From the NCBI GenBank assembly GCA_950097015.1, contig CATNEN010000011.1, positions 744,001-808,000 on the forward strand: 64,000 nucleotides of DNA, in the 5' to 3' direction. The stretch's first letter is position 1. Each line of letters opens with the position of its first letter. Shown piece by piece: positions 27,500 to 39,690 of the stretch. This stretch comes from Macrostomum hystrix. Its lineage: Eukaryota > Animalia > Platyhelminthes. The notes below the pieces were generated by a model, which made no database searches, was not told the DNA's origin, and saw only the letters and a list, made by a program, of their open reading frames with translations. Made by a program: the position numbers and the translations under genes.

Positions 27500-28478
27500 T
27501 GTGGCCATCATATTTTACAATTCGGGGCGTTGCAACGATTCCCAGAGGTGGCTAGAAAGTACTGAAACTGAAGCTCCGGTGTCGACCTGCATCGGAATAG
27601 CGACACCGTTGATAAGCACAGTTTCTGTTGCTACTGAAGCAGCATGGATGAGATCTACGTCTGTCAGATGGAGTCCGAGGATGCAAGTTTCGTGTCCATA
27701 TGGTGCACATGTTTGACACCACTGGAGCGGCACATGGATCCAAAGTGGTTGCGCTTGTTGCATTTGTTGCATGTCTTGCCGTAAGCCGGGCATTTGCCAG
27801 CTGGGTGAGATCTGCCACAAAACTGGCAGTCACCTATCTGCCCTTCATGGGACGTGGTCACGCTACCGCTAGCGCCTCGATCTCCATCTCCCTTCCCTGT
27901 GAAGTTAATGGAGTGACCTCCTTAGGTAGGCCCTGCGTTTGCGTTTCGCAAATCCCTGCTGTCTACGAACTTTGTCACTTGTTCGATAGTGCTGACTGCA
28001 TCAAGTCTTTTGTTTGCATGGCTCACATAATGCGTCGTTGATCTTCTGGGTTCTGTAGGCCAGAGATGAGCATCAGACGAACAATTTCCTCTTCTGGGCT
28101 GGTGCAGGTCTTTAGAGTATCGAACTCGCAGTGCGTGGCCCCCTTCCTCAAGCGAGAAAGGAACTCAGTAATGGGCTCATCGGCAGCTTGACGTAGCGTG
28201 AAGAATTTAGTTCTCTCAACGACAATGTGCTTTTGAGGTTGCAGAAAGTTCGTCATGGCAGTCTCCAACTCCGCAAAGGTGTGCGCTTCCACTTCTTTTG
28301 GTGCGACAAGATGAGCAAATTTTTCGAGAGCTGCTAGTCCACAGAGCGCTAAAATGTTGTTCTTGATTTGTCGATCTGCTTCTCCATCTTCCCACTTCTT
28401 GGTTCGAGCCAAGGCTTTGAATGCCTTAATCCAGGTGAGTGCGTGAATCGTGTCTGCAAGATTCGGCTTGTATGCCAA
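27500..28478 (-). pseudogene. Gypsy gag (two Zn knuckles) and aspartic protease remnants
   Basis: VERTKFFTLRQAADEPITEFLSRLR (gag), CQFCGRSHPAGKCPAYGKTCNKCNKRNHFGSMC (Mag-type double knuckle), INGVAIPMQVDTGASVSVLS (protease); split across frames. Confidence 0.88.
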
Positions 28479-28491
28479 GCCGCGACGCCAT

Positions 28492-28701
28492 TGTCGTAGT
28501 TTGCACGAAGCTGTCGAACGAATGAACCTTGTTCGAACAGCAAAGATAATTTATTCTAGCATAACATAAGTGAGAGGCTGAGAACGAAAGCTTTAGTATG
28601 TGTAGTCGGTTGCTAACATAGACATGACAAAGAAATGATTTGGGTAACAAATGAAGCTGCTTTAGCAACAACGCTAGCTCTAGCTAGCAGCCACTACCAC
28701 A
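28492..28701 (-). repeat. 5' LTR of the Gypsy element
   Basis: TGTCGTAGTTTGCACGAAG...GCTAGCAGCCACTACCACA on +, a diverged copy of 24750-24958. Confidence 0.93.
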
Positions 28702-29001
28702 ATCTTTTTCGGATACACTTTTAGAAATCAGAAGGGCAACTAACAAAGCACATAATAAACCTCGCTCATGTCGAAACCGTTGAACATTGTGTGACATGCG
28801 AAAAACTGGTCCAGGTTTTGCGTCAAGCTCAGAGTGAGTTCTTGTAGCTGCACATAGATATAATTAGCGTAACTACTTCTCAGAATTATATTCCTCCGCA
28901 AGATCTCAGCACTTCTTAGAGCCCTTAAAATTATAGACATCCAGAAATGCATCGTTCTCCGAAATCCACCGACGCTCTAAAAATCTCTTTGGGCAAATAT
29001 C

Positions 29002-32000
29002 ATGAAAGGAAATTTCTTTCTCCCACAACCTCCATCACAAACCAGCGACGAGAATAACGATGGTGGCAGCAACACCAAAGAGCCGATGCTGATTGAAGAC
29101 GGCGGCCGCACCATCGACCCCAGCGGTGGCTCCGGCGGTCGAGGAGGCGGCGGCCATCAGAAACAGACGTCGCAGTTGCCATCGGGGCCGCATCAGCGTC
29201 AAGGCGGCTGCTTTAGCCGAACCATGGCAACCATTCTGGAGCCGGAGAACATGCTGGTTACACTGACGGTGCTGTCCGTTGTGCTGGGCATCTTCATCGG
29301 CCTCCTGGCCAGACTGGCTTTACCCGGCGATCGGGCGATGATGCTCATCGGCTTCCCTGGAGAGCTGCTCATGAACATGCTGAAGATGCTCATCATTCCG
29401 CTCATTGTTTCGTCGCTTATTTCTGGTAATTGCAAATTTCCTATTTTTATGGCGAATTCGGCGGTGCAGCTAAAAGTTTCGAACCGGTCTTGTCGCATAT
29501 ACTAGAATATCTTGACTACGCAATTGAGGAATTTGAGATATTTAATTGATTTCCATGTCCATGACATAAGAAAGCACGAGAAGGATGACGAAAGAACGCT
29601 TTATCATTTGTCCTTTACATAAATTAATGGAAGACAGTGTCTTTGAGGCTGAGTGGTTACGAAAATGAAAAAGTGAGTCTTTCGAAACTAAAAAACACGT
29701 TTGAAGTGTTGCGTCAGCGGATAGTGGGGGATGGAGTGGTTTACGCAGCTAACTATCGCAAGTCCAAGGTCCCTGAGCTCGAATTCGCGGATAGAAACCT
29801 TGGGGGCTTGACGTGCTGTTTAACGTGTAAAACGCTTTACGAATAATCCCCAATCGAAACCACAGGCCTCTCCAGTCTGGACGCAAAGTCGTCCGGCAAG
29901 ATGGGCTCCTGCGCGCTGCTGTACTACTTCGCAACGACGATCGCAGCCGTGATTCTGGGCATCATCTTGGTGGTGCTGATTCGTCCGGGCAATCCGGACA
30001 TCAAGAAGAAGAGCCAGGGCGAGAAGATTACCGCCAGGCGCATGCCGAGCACACTGGATTCGTTCTTGGATTTGTTCAGGTAAAGCTTGCATGTGGCCCG
30101 GACTTCTGATCAAAAGGTCGGGAGTTCGATTCACAACGCAGGGTAGACAATTTTTTCTTGAAGTCTCAGCCAAGGCAACCATTTTTTCTTCTTACAGGAA
30201 CATGTTCCCGGAAAACTTAATTGAGGCCTGCTTCAAGCAAGTCGCCACTGAAACTGTCGATGTCAATAAAACGTTTATCAATTCGACAACCAACACGACT
30301 GACTGGGTCATAGAGGAGAGTAGCAAAGTCACGAGCTTGATTTCAACCAACGTTCTCGGTAATTTTTCATCCTACATTTTTTCTACATATATAAAAAATT
30401 TGAAGACTGCTAATGTACATGTCAATAGAAAATCGGCCAATGAACTTTTAGGCCTGGTCTCGTTTTCCATTTTCTTTGGCCTCATAATCGGCCAGATGGG
30501 AGAACAGGCACTCCTGATGGTGCAGTTCTTCAACATAATGAATGACATCATTATGCGGATGGTTAAGATCATCATGTGGTGAGTTGAATGTCAAATTTAG
30601 AGCAGAAATTTAACTGGGAGCAGAAACCCAGTCACTCTAAAGTAGAAAAACATGACGGCACTTTTGGGGTCGGGGCAGAGCGGTTAACACGTTTGCCTCT
30701 CGCACCACGGTCCCTAAGTTCTATTCCATGACGAGGCCACATTCATTTGGGGCGCAGCCGCGGAGAGAAGGCTTAAGGGCTTGTCGTGTAATTTACGCCC
30801 TTGAGGGCCAACCTCCAAGGCACAGTGAAGTGTACACTGCCTGACGATGAGAAAGTCAGGGCAGATGTACACACCTGTGTGAGCGTGTGCCTGAATACGG
30901 TATCTGTGTGCGTGTGTGCTCAGGAGTCAGTAAAATGGGCAGAATTGCCTCCTCGCTGGCTGCGGGTCTAGTGTCACCACATGATGTGCCATTGCCCACA
31001 GCCCTCCTGCAACTATTATAATTATTATTTTTATTTATTTACGGCACTTTTCATGGGCCCAGTTTCCAATGTAAAACAAAATGGTTATATTATCAAGATA
31101 GCTCAAAGGATCCATGCGATTGACTTTGTGCTTGATCCGGACACAGCATCGAAAACTGCATGACTCGACAATTTCACAGGTATTCACCAATCGGTATCTT
31201 CTTTCTAATTGTGAGCAAGATTCTACTTATCAAGAATCTGACAACAACTGCTCAAAGCCTCGGCATGTACATGATCACAGTGATCCTGGGCCTGATCATT
31301 CACTCCTGCCTGACTCTGTCCGTTTCGTTCTTCGTGATGACGCGCAAGAATCCGCTGACCTTCTTCCGCGGCATCTTCCAAGCCTGGATCACGGCCCTAG
31401 GCACGGCTTCTTCTGCCGCCACGCTGCCCATCACCTTCCGGTGCCTGGAGGAGAACAATGGCATCGACAAGCGGGTCACACGATTCGTCCTGCCTATCGG
31501 CGCTACAGTCAATATGGACGGCACCGCATTGTACGAGGCCGTGGCCAGCATCTTCATTGCCCAGGTCAACGATATTCCGCTAAACTTCACCCAGATTGTC
31601 ATTGTCAGGTGAGAGAACCTTTTGCAGTTCTCTAACTACAGGAATTTCACGATGATCCAAGCGCCAACCTTCTGCTTTTAGTTTCACCGCCACCCTGGCT
31701 GCCATCGGCGCTGCAAGTGTGCCGAGCGCCGGCCTGGTCACCATGGTGCTGGTACTCTCCGCCGTCGGTCTGCCCACCGATGACATCTCGCTGATCCTGG
31801 CTGTAGACTGGCTACTGTGAGTTGGTTTACGAATGTGGCTTGACTTCGTCTGCGGTACAGATTATCGGGGTTTCCCTATTACACAGTTATAGTGGTCATT
31901 AACATATAATATTTACCTTTTAGTCAATTGTCGTTCCTCTCAACGATGTCTTGACCACAGATTCGATTTACATAGGATAGAGTACATATGATCTGTGGTC

Positions 32001-33443
32001 TTGACCATCAGTAATGACTTATTTAAGATTTCTTTTTTATTACCATTCAATAGTGGTAGACAGAGCACCATTACTATCTGTGTTCGGACTGCCAAGCAAA
32101 CACATATAGAAAAAATGTATTTAACAAGTATGCTTTCATGATTTTCTGGCTTTCTTCTCCAGCTTTCAAAAGTAGCCTGCAGCTGCGGCTGAGCAGCCTG
32201 TGAGTTTCTGAGGCTGCTCTGCACCTCAACCCCAGCCCAATCAAATTATTCTCAAATTCATCCTTCATAATGCTGCCTCCGCTGCGGTTTTTGCTGCGGC
32301 TGATGCAGATTTGAACGGACTGGTCGCATCGGATGTCGGCTGAGAATTTCTCACTTTCCCAACCCAACCTCCCTTTCTCCCTAATCTCAGAACTTCTCAA
32401 AATCATGCAACATAACTCCCGTCTCCGACAGGGGAAGTAGCGCTTCCTGGATTAGGCAAACACGACTTTATAGACAAACTTGCTCGAGGCAAATTTCATT
32501 CTTCTTCCGTGTTGCAGCTTTTTTTCCTCCCTATTAGTGTGAATGTTCCTAGGAACTTTGAAAGTCAAAATCTTACCAGTTTTTTCCCTAAAGAAGTAAT
32601 GCTATGGAGCGTATTGGAAGGCCACACGATGAGAATAGTTTGTACGCTTATACAATTTTTGCTTCTTATGGGCGAACACTACTTCACAGCGTCTAGTGTC
32701 TTTTTCAGTAATTGAATAACTTAATGAGCAATGTCCAATAGCTCTGAATTCGGTGCACTTACTTGTTAACTCTACCGGTACAACAGTACCTCATTTTGAG
32801 CAGCAGTTTAAATTAGTCTAGCCTAGCCAATTAATAAATTGGCTATTTTCGAGAAGTAAAACAAAGGAGACTAGCAAAGTTTAGTTTTTTTCGTCAACCA
32901 AGTCAGTCTAATAAAATAAATGAAATAAATTGTACGAGCTAACATGTCATTAACTGAAAAAATGATGAATGATTTTAGTTAATTAAATTAAATTTCTTTC
33001 TAAGGTACCCTGAGTTCCATTAGTTTTATCAGGAATAATTATTTCCAGTCGATTTTAAATAACGCTGACCCCACAGTGACCGCATGCGCACCTCAATCAA
33101 CGTTGTCGGCGACGCTTTCGGCGCTGGTATTGTCGATCATTTCTGTCGCGAGGAGCTTCAGAAGCAGGACGCCGAGGCGGCCGCCGAGGCTCGCGAAGCC
33201 ATGGAAGCCGCTGCCATGGAAACCGCCTCGTTCGGCGGCGGTGGCGCCGGCGGAGCCCGAAGGCCGAGCGACTCTCGGCCGCGCCGGCTGAGCGTAGCCG
33301 CAGCCCTGCAGATCAACGAGCAGCATCAGCAGAGAGGTCTGTACCCGGCCGTTGCCATAGACGCCCCCAGTGGCCAGGGCTCTGGCTCTGGGAAGCAGCG
33401 TTCCCTTGGCAACGAGCTCCGCGTTGAGCCGCCAATGTACTGA
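29002..33443 (+). CDS. SLC1A2: Excitatory amino acid (glutamate/aspartate) transporter, SLC1 family, EAAT2/GLT-1-like, 7 exons, ~618 aa
   Basis: Exons 29002-29425, 29866-30079, 30198-30358, 30452-30578, 31180-31608, 31682-31816, 33077-33443 (1857 nt, in phase). Motifs [90 protein letters not shown] with the TM8 Arg of acidic-substrate transporters. Family is certain; paralogue assignment and start ATG are less so. Confidence 0.93.
29720..29815 (+). mobile_element. 5' fragment (tRNA-like head) of the same SINE family
   Basis: CCAAGGTCCCTGAGCTCGAATTCGCGG..CTTGGGGGCTTG matches the head of copy D. Confidence 0.5.
30090..30145 (+). pseudogene. tRNA-like fragment (anticodon and T arms) in EAAT intron 2
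   Basis: GGACTTCTGATCAAAAGGTCGGGAGTTCGATTC resembles tRNA anticodon, variable and T arms; the 5' half is missing. Confidence 0.4.
30666..31040 (+). mobile_element. tRNA-headed SINE-like repeat, copy A (EAAT intron)
   Basis: tRNA-like head (A-box-like GGCAGAGCGG, B-box-like GTTCTATTCC), body shared with 34724-35038, 41378-41590 and 45500-45848, AT-rich tail. Confidence 0.8.
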
Positions 33444-34723
33444 ATACCTCCCCTCTAGTGAAGTGGTGGGTTGGAAGAGGATAACGGGCCATAATTAGGG
33501 TTTGGTGAAATTTTATCCAAGGTAAATACGTGTTGCTATGCAACTTTTTGTTTAGAAAATTTATCCACGTTAGACATAAAGAAAAATTATTAAGTTTTAG
33601 GCCATGATACCTTTTTCACACATGGAAAACATTCAGATTTATTCATTTTATATTTTCAGGTGCAATCATTTGACAAAAAATATTTCGTGAAATCAAACTC
33701 TCCGTCTGTAAACGTTCGAATTTCAATCGATTTTCCGCCAAGTGAATTTTTATCTATATTTTCACGGAAAACGCAATGGATGCTCTTTAGAAAAATGAAG
33801 TAGTAAAGTAGAGATTTCAAATGAAAGTGGCGCATTCCGTCAGTTATGACCACAGATAATATTTTACTATCTGTAGTCATAATATGTATATCCACTGCAA
33901 GTTATATATAATCTGTGGTTATGACCAGCTACCGAACCGGGATATTTTTACCCACGGATTGCATGATGGCACAGAAATTCTGCACTAAAATCAGACTGCG
34001 ATTGCTAGTCTAATCCCGAATCATGTCTTGAAAAGGCTTACCTGCGCTTACCTAACATATCTCTTCGCATTGTACACTAATTATTTTTAACCCATGTTTA
34101 AACCAAGTATTGTGCTCTTTTTTCCAAGAATTGCGGTTTTTCACGAAAGGTTACAAACAAAGTTTCTAAATTTTTACATGAAAATTCAAAAGTATTTTTG
34201 TTCGTTACAACGCCAGCTCTAGACCCTATAGGTTTTCTCTCATTAAGTTGGCTTCAGTATATCAAAGCTAGCTGACTGAGAAAAAGTCAGCAAAAAGTTA
34301 ATACTAGTCATTGGCTGCTAAGGAGGTAGCAAAGCATCTTCAGTGTCAGACCGGCCTACGATGTCGGCTAGTCAAAAGAACGAAATGCACTCACAATGGT
34401 AATTATTATTGGCAACATGCATACAGGTGGTACACGTGGCTATTGATAAAATTGGTATAAACTGACAAATATCAGCAAGTGACATCACTACTTTTGTGCA
34501 GCCAATCAAAATGGGCGAGGGGATTCACCAAGGTCGTACTTGTACACTTCTACATAACTGGAATAGATTTTTTGCTAATTTTCTATATCTCTTTTCGGAA
34601 GATCATAAATTTGATCTTGCGACAATTGTCCCTATTGAATTTATTTGCAGAGTTCGATCTATACGAAGATGTTTTGCATTTGCCACCCAAAATTTGCAAT
34701 AAACTTTCTCTAACATTAACTTT

Positions 34724-35038
34724 GGGGGGTTGGTGGCAGAGTGATTATCGTGTAGGCCTCTCGCACCAAGGTCTCTAAGTTCAATTCCACGGCGAGGCCA
34801 CACATAAGGCTTAAGGGCTTGTCGTACAATTTACGACCTTTAATTGAGGGCCAACCTGCAAAGCACAGTGAAATGTACACTGCCTGACGATAAGAAAGTC
34901 AGGGCAGATGTACACACCTGTGTGCGTGTGTGCTCAGGAGTCAGCGAAATGGGCAGAATTGCCTCCTCGCTGGCTGCGGGTCTAGTGTCACTAAATGATG
35001 TGCACTGCAGCTATCCTGCAATTATTATCTTATTAATA
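34724..35038 (+). mobile_element. SINE-like repeat, copy B
   Basis: Shares CCTCTCGCACCAAGGTC..GAGGCCAC, GGGCCAACCT, GTACACTGCCTGACGAT.AGAAAGTCAGGGCAGATGTACACACC and GCTCAGGAGTCAG..GGCAGAATTGCCTCCTCGCTGGCTGCGGG with copy A. Confidence 0.8.
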
Positions 35039-37626
35039 TGAACTTTAAACAGCTGCTTGTTCTATCTGTGGTGACAGAAGAGATTTTGTATGCATAATTG
35101 ACGCTTTACTTGATCTTTTGCAATGCTTTTTGCTCACTAAATGTTTGTTATTGCATGTGAGTGATACATAGTTGTAGATTTAGAATATCAGTATTAGTCA
35201 TTATTGCATACATGAATTAACACACGCAGAAAATTGATAGGCTTAGACATAGCAGTTATCAATTAGATAAAGGAATTTAAATGAATAACTGGCAGATGAG
35301 TGAAAACATTTTAACAAGACTTAAAAGAAAACCCTTAGACAGGAGAGACATGAGTTATGCACGAGTAAAAAAAAGATTTTCGATAATTAAAACAAACCTG
35401 TGAGCCACTCGTCATTGATTTTAAGCTAGAAAATAGTATATTCGATCGTACCTGCTATATTATCGATACTCAACGCTAGATTAAAGATCCTTACCTGTTA
35501 GTTTATAGATAGCCACATGCTTTGATTAGGATCGCTACCTATAATACCTCCGACACACTATTGAAGCACACTAAACAGGACTGCGCCTCGGGGTTTTCAA
35601 AGAAAATAAATCCAAAATGGTAAAAAACGGAAGTTCGCTCGTATTTTCACTGCTCTGCCAGTCATTCATGAGCTGTTATTTAGTTAGAAACACTGAATAT
35701 TATTAATAAGTGTCATCCTAAATGATTACGTAACTATAAGCGCTTTAGCGCGTTGCACTACGCGCACCTTTAGCTAATACTACTACTATAATTAGTAAAA
35801 CTCACAAACCCCAGCCGCTTAACACTCTGCTCTCCCATTTGTTATCTGATCACAGCCGTGCTGCATGACGGCGGCAGGTCTGCAACGGAGCACGATGCGC
35901 CATTCTCCTAGGCCCTCACACTCTGGCGCCCCCAAGCGCCACTTTGCAATTGTAAGGTCGCAAACACAGAATTTCCTCACTGTGAAATATCAATAGAACA
36001 AAGGAAAATCGATTGATATCTTAGTATAAGACGTTGAGATAAATTGCTAATACATCAGACCAGTTTCGGCGATTAATCGTGAATTTCAGTTTCAATTCAC
36101 AAAAGCTACACTGTAAGACAACTCTATGAAAAAGCACTTTGTGAATACATTTTTATACTTAATTTTTCTTTAACACTCATTGAAGAACCTATAAATACGC
36201 ACAGATAATCTCATTTGAGAAAATTTCTATAAATGCATAGTTGAGTGCCCTGGTATTATTTATGTTCTAGACAAATATTGCTTTGATCTCTGACCGTACG
36301 TATCATTTCAACAACAGACATTTAAGTTTGTATGTTATTTCTTATTAGCTCGTACCTAACCAAATCTTGTATGCCGCCAAGCATAAAAAGGAAAAAGTAC
36401 TTTCCAGAATCTCACGAAAACGGATTAAAGAGTTCTTAGATATAGCTCATTATTCTCTATGAATTTTGATGCATTTGCGTGATTCTACTTTGCTAAAAGT
36501 AGAATTAAAAAAGTAGAAAAGTAGAATTGACTCCATAAAGCCAATCAGAATGTAGTGGATTTCTATGAGGCCTATAGCACGCTATCATTTCGTGACAGTC
36601 AGATTTGACCCTGAAAGCTAGTGGTTTCCCAGAAAGTGCGATTCTGCCATTGCAGAATTAATTTATTCCGTTTTTGCAGGTTCTTTAATACGGGATTAAG
36701 CGGTATTTACTATACTGTTTCCACCAGTTGTAAATAACACATGCAATCTATTTTTTCAATTTTTGTTACCTCCTTTTTACTTTCCTACTTGCTTTTAATA
36801 CGACACGTAAACACGTAAACATGATATCACATCCAAACTACTGTGTCGCACAATTTTTGTTGTGAATTGGTATAATAATTCTATTTTCAGTAGAGACAGT
36901 TTCATAAAACTTTACCACTAGTTATTCTATCATCCTGTTCCATCGTAAAAGGTCTTGCGTTTTCCTATAAACAATAACCTTTTTTCTTATTTTAGTTTTA
37001 TTTTCTGTTGTCAGATTATTTCCGTTTGATACCTCTCTGAAAAGTTTTTTAAACAATGCACTATTGCTTAGTACTCGATAAAAAGGATCCCCTGAATGTT
37101 TGCTTGATTTTATTTAATTTGTTTGTTTGATTTATCTAAGCAAAACTTGTTTGTCACAAAAATCTGCATCCACCAAAGCAAGCGACTGAGTCTGAGCCAA
37201 TCCAATTTTGAAGGCTGATTACAACAAAGCTTTGGTCAAGTCGTTTTTGCAAACGCAATAAAATATGATAACGACGTTTATCATGCTTACTTTTTCTTGA
37301 TCCATAATTCAATTTTTCGTACTCAAAGACTGTCTTGCTAGTTGGGTCGCTACTTTTAGTTTTTATGCTTTTTTACGTAAATAAGACTTTTTTATTGTTA
37401 ATTTTTTGTTATAACCAACTGGAGTTATTTAGCTATATTTTCTCATGTGAAATTTCATAAATATGTGCTTAAAATTACGTTGAAGTCTAATACAATATTT
37501 AATGGAAGTACTTTGTCCCAATGTCTACTAGCCTACAACTAGCCCCTATACTGTTTAGTAGTCGTGTCAATAAAAATGATTTTTTAAATTCTCGTCTGTG
37601 CTTATTTTGTTGCATAAGTTTTCTAT

Positions 37627-37717
37627 TAGTGTTTTGTGCGCCCTATATTTCAGCGGCACTCACATAGGCTTTTAGTGTTTTGTGCGCCCTATATTTCAGC
37701 GGCACTCACATAGGCTT
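37627..37717. repeat. Tandem duplication of ~46 bp (TTAGTGTTTTGTGCGCCCTATATTTCAGCGGCACTCACATAGGCTT x2)
   Basis: Two adjacent copies. Confidence 0.85.
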
Positions 37718-38874
37718 CGAAAAAAAATATATCTGAATCATTTCACTCAATAAAGTTGATATAATGACTATTGTAAATGGAACCGAAACAGATGCTTATG
37801 TGAATGCCGCAGTTAGTTTGTTTGCAAGTGTACATACACAATCTATAATGGCACATGCCGCAACACTAAACATTACCGGGCGCTGTCTCAAGGATACTCA
37901 AGCTATGACAGAATTAAATTGACTCCAAGGAAAAATCCTAAACTTTTAGCCAGACAGCATAGCAATAACTTATCAATAACTGTAAAACAAGCAAAACACG
38001 AAACTATGCATGCAGATAGCTTTTAGAAGTCTGCTTGGTTAGTCCTAAAAGAAAAGAGTGCCCATCAGATACCACTTGTAATTACACATTGCAATTGGCA
38101 AGATTAACGCCTATGTTATAATGTGACGCATATACTACTTACAAATTAATTTGTAGACTGTTGCACCAGCGTTAGATGTCGCAAAATTTTCTCATTTTTT
38201 AGCTCGCACTTTTTTACTATTTAGTTTACGACAACTTTCCTATTGCAACGATGGAGAATTCTCACTATCTCGTCCTATGCTCGTCAGATCATTTCGGTAG
38301 TTCTGATTGTTTAACAGTTTTTTGCCCCCATGTAATGAAGCTAAAATTTTTGTCATACTCTGACTCTGCTTGCTATCTTATTTTGTTTAAATTAAAGTCG
38401 TTTTCTACAAAGCAAGCACTATGGCCCTTCTATTTTTCTTCAGACACCACGCACTTTTTTTGCCCACTGTCTCTGACGGGCTCTGAAATTATTTAATAAT
38501 GCTATATCAATGGAGCATGGAACAATACAAATATAACAGTGGTTGTCCAAAAGCACCCAGATTACACAAATCAACAATGGCTTTGAATGGCTTATATCGT
38601 GTTCTTATTTTAACCGTATCATTAACTCTTCATGGGCTAGTTAATTGGCCTAAATTAAGCTTAATTGAGGTTACGTGTTCCGTTTTTTAATGTTTCCGCT
38701 CATTATTAAAAATCCGTATGTAATTCTCCATCACTTGCAACTTCTACTTAGTGATCTGCGCTATTCATACTACTTGCAAGTTCCTTGTTAGTAGTATGAA
38801 CCGGGCACGCACAGTACAAGGAAACTTTTGTCTTCAATAAATTCATTATAGAGTTACTTAATCAATTACTCAGG

Positions 38875-39690
38875 GCCTTTCTTAAGAACTCAAAGCTTTT
38901 TAGGAACCCATAGTCTTTCTAAGGACCCCAGGTTCTTTCTAAGGAACCCAGGTTCTTTCTAAGGAACCCAGAGTCTTTCTAAGGACCCCAGGTTCTTTCT
39001 AAGGAACCCAGAGTCTTTCTAAGGACCCCAGGTTCTTTCTAAGGAACCCAGAGTCTTTCTAAGGACCCCAGGTTCTTTCTAAGGAACCCAGAGTCTTTAT
39101 AAGGACCCCAGGTTCTTTCTAAGGAACCCAGGTTCTTTCTAAGGAACCCAGGTTCTTTCTAAGGAACCCAGAGTCTTTCTAAGGACCCCAGGTTCTTTCT
39201 AAGGAACCCAGAGTCTTTCTAAGGACCCCAGGTTCTTTCTAAGGAAACCAGGTTCTTTCTAAGGAACCCAGAGTCTTTCTAAGGAAACCAGGTTCTTTCT
39301 AAGGAACCCAGAGTCTTTCTAAGGAAAAAATGTTCTTTCTAAGGAACCCAGGTTCTTTCTAAGGAAACCAGGTTCTTTCTTAGGAATCCAGAGTCTTTCT
39401 CAGTAGCTCAGAGTCTTTCTCAGTAGCTCAGAGTCTTTCTCAGTAGCTCAGAGTCTTTCTCAGTAGCTCAGAGTCTTTCTCAGTAACTCAGAGTCTTTCT
39501 CAGTAGCTCAGAGTCTTTCTCAGTAGCTCAGAGTCTTTCTCAGTAACTCAGAGTCTTTCTCAGTAGCTCAGAGTCTTTCTCAGTAACTCAGTCTTTCTCA
39601 GTAGCTCAGAGTCTTTCTCAGTAACGCAGAGTCTTTCTCAGTAGCTCAGAGTCTTTCTCAGTAACTCCGAGTCTTTCTAAGAAACTCAGA
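38875..39690. repeat. Compound 20-bp minisatellite: (GGTT/GAGT)CTTTCTAAGGA(A/C)CCCA changing to GAGTCTTTCTCAGTAGCTCA
   Basis: Two adjacent arrays share the CTTTCT core; switch at about 39390. Confidence 0.95.

Larger units (their letters stand above)
24750..28701 (-). mobile_element. Ty3/Gypsy LTR retrotransposon (Mag-like), decayed provirus
   Basis: Two ~210-bp direct LTRs (24750-24958, 28492-28701) bounded by TG..CA; 5-bp TSD ATCTT at 24745-24749 and 28702-28706; PBS-like TGGCGTCGCGGC next to the 5' LTR; purine-rich AGATGGGGA before the 3' LTR; gag, protease, RT, RNase H and integrase remnants in Gypsy order, broken by frameshifts. Confidence 0.95.

Noticed and set aside
30947-30990. Intact HDV-like ribozyme in the SINE
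   Set aside because: Only P3/L3 matches. There is no upstream P1 partner for TGCGGGT, no GG for P1.1 and no P2 adjacent to P3. Kept only as a structured-domain observation.
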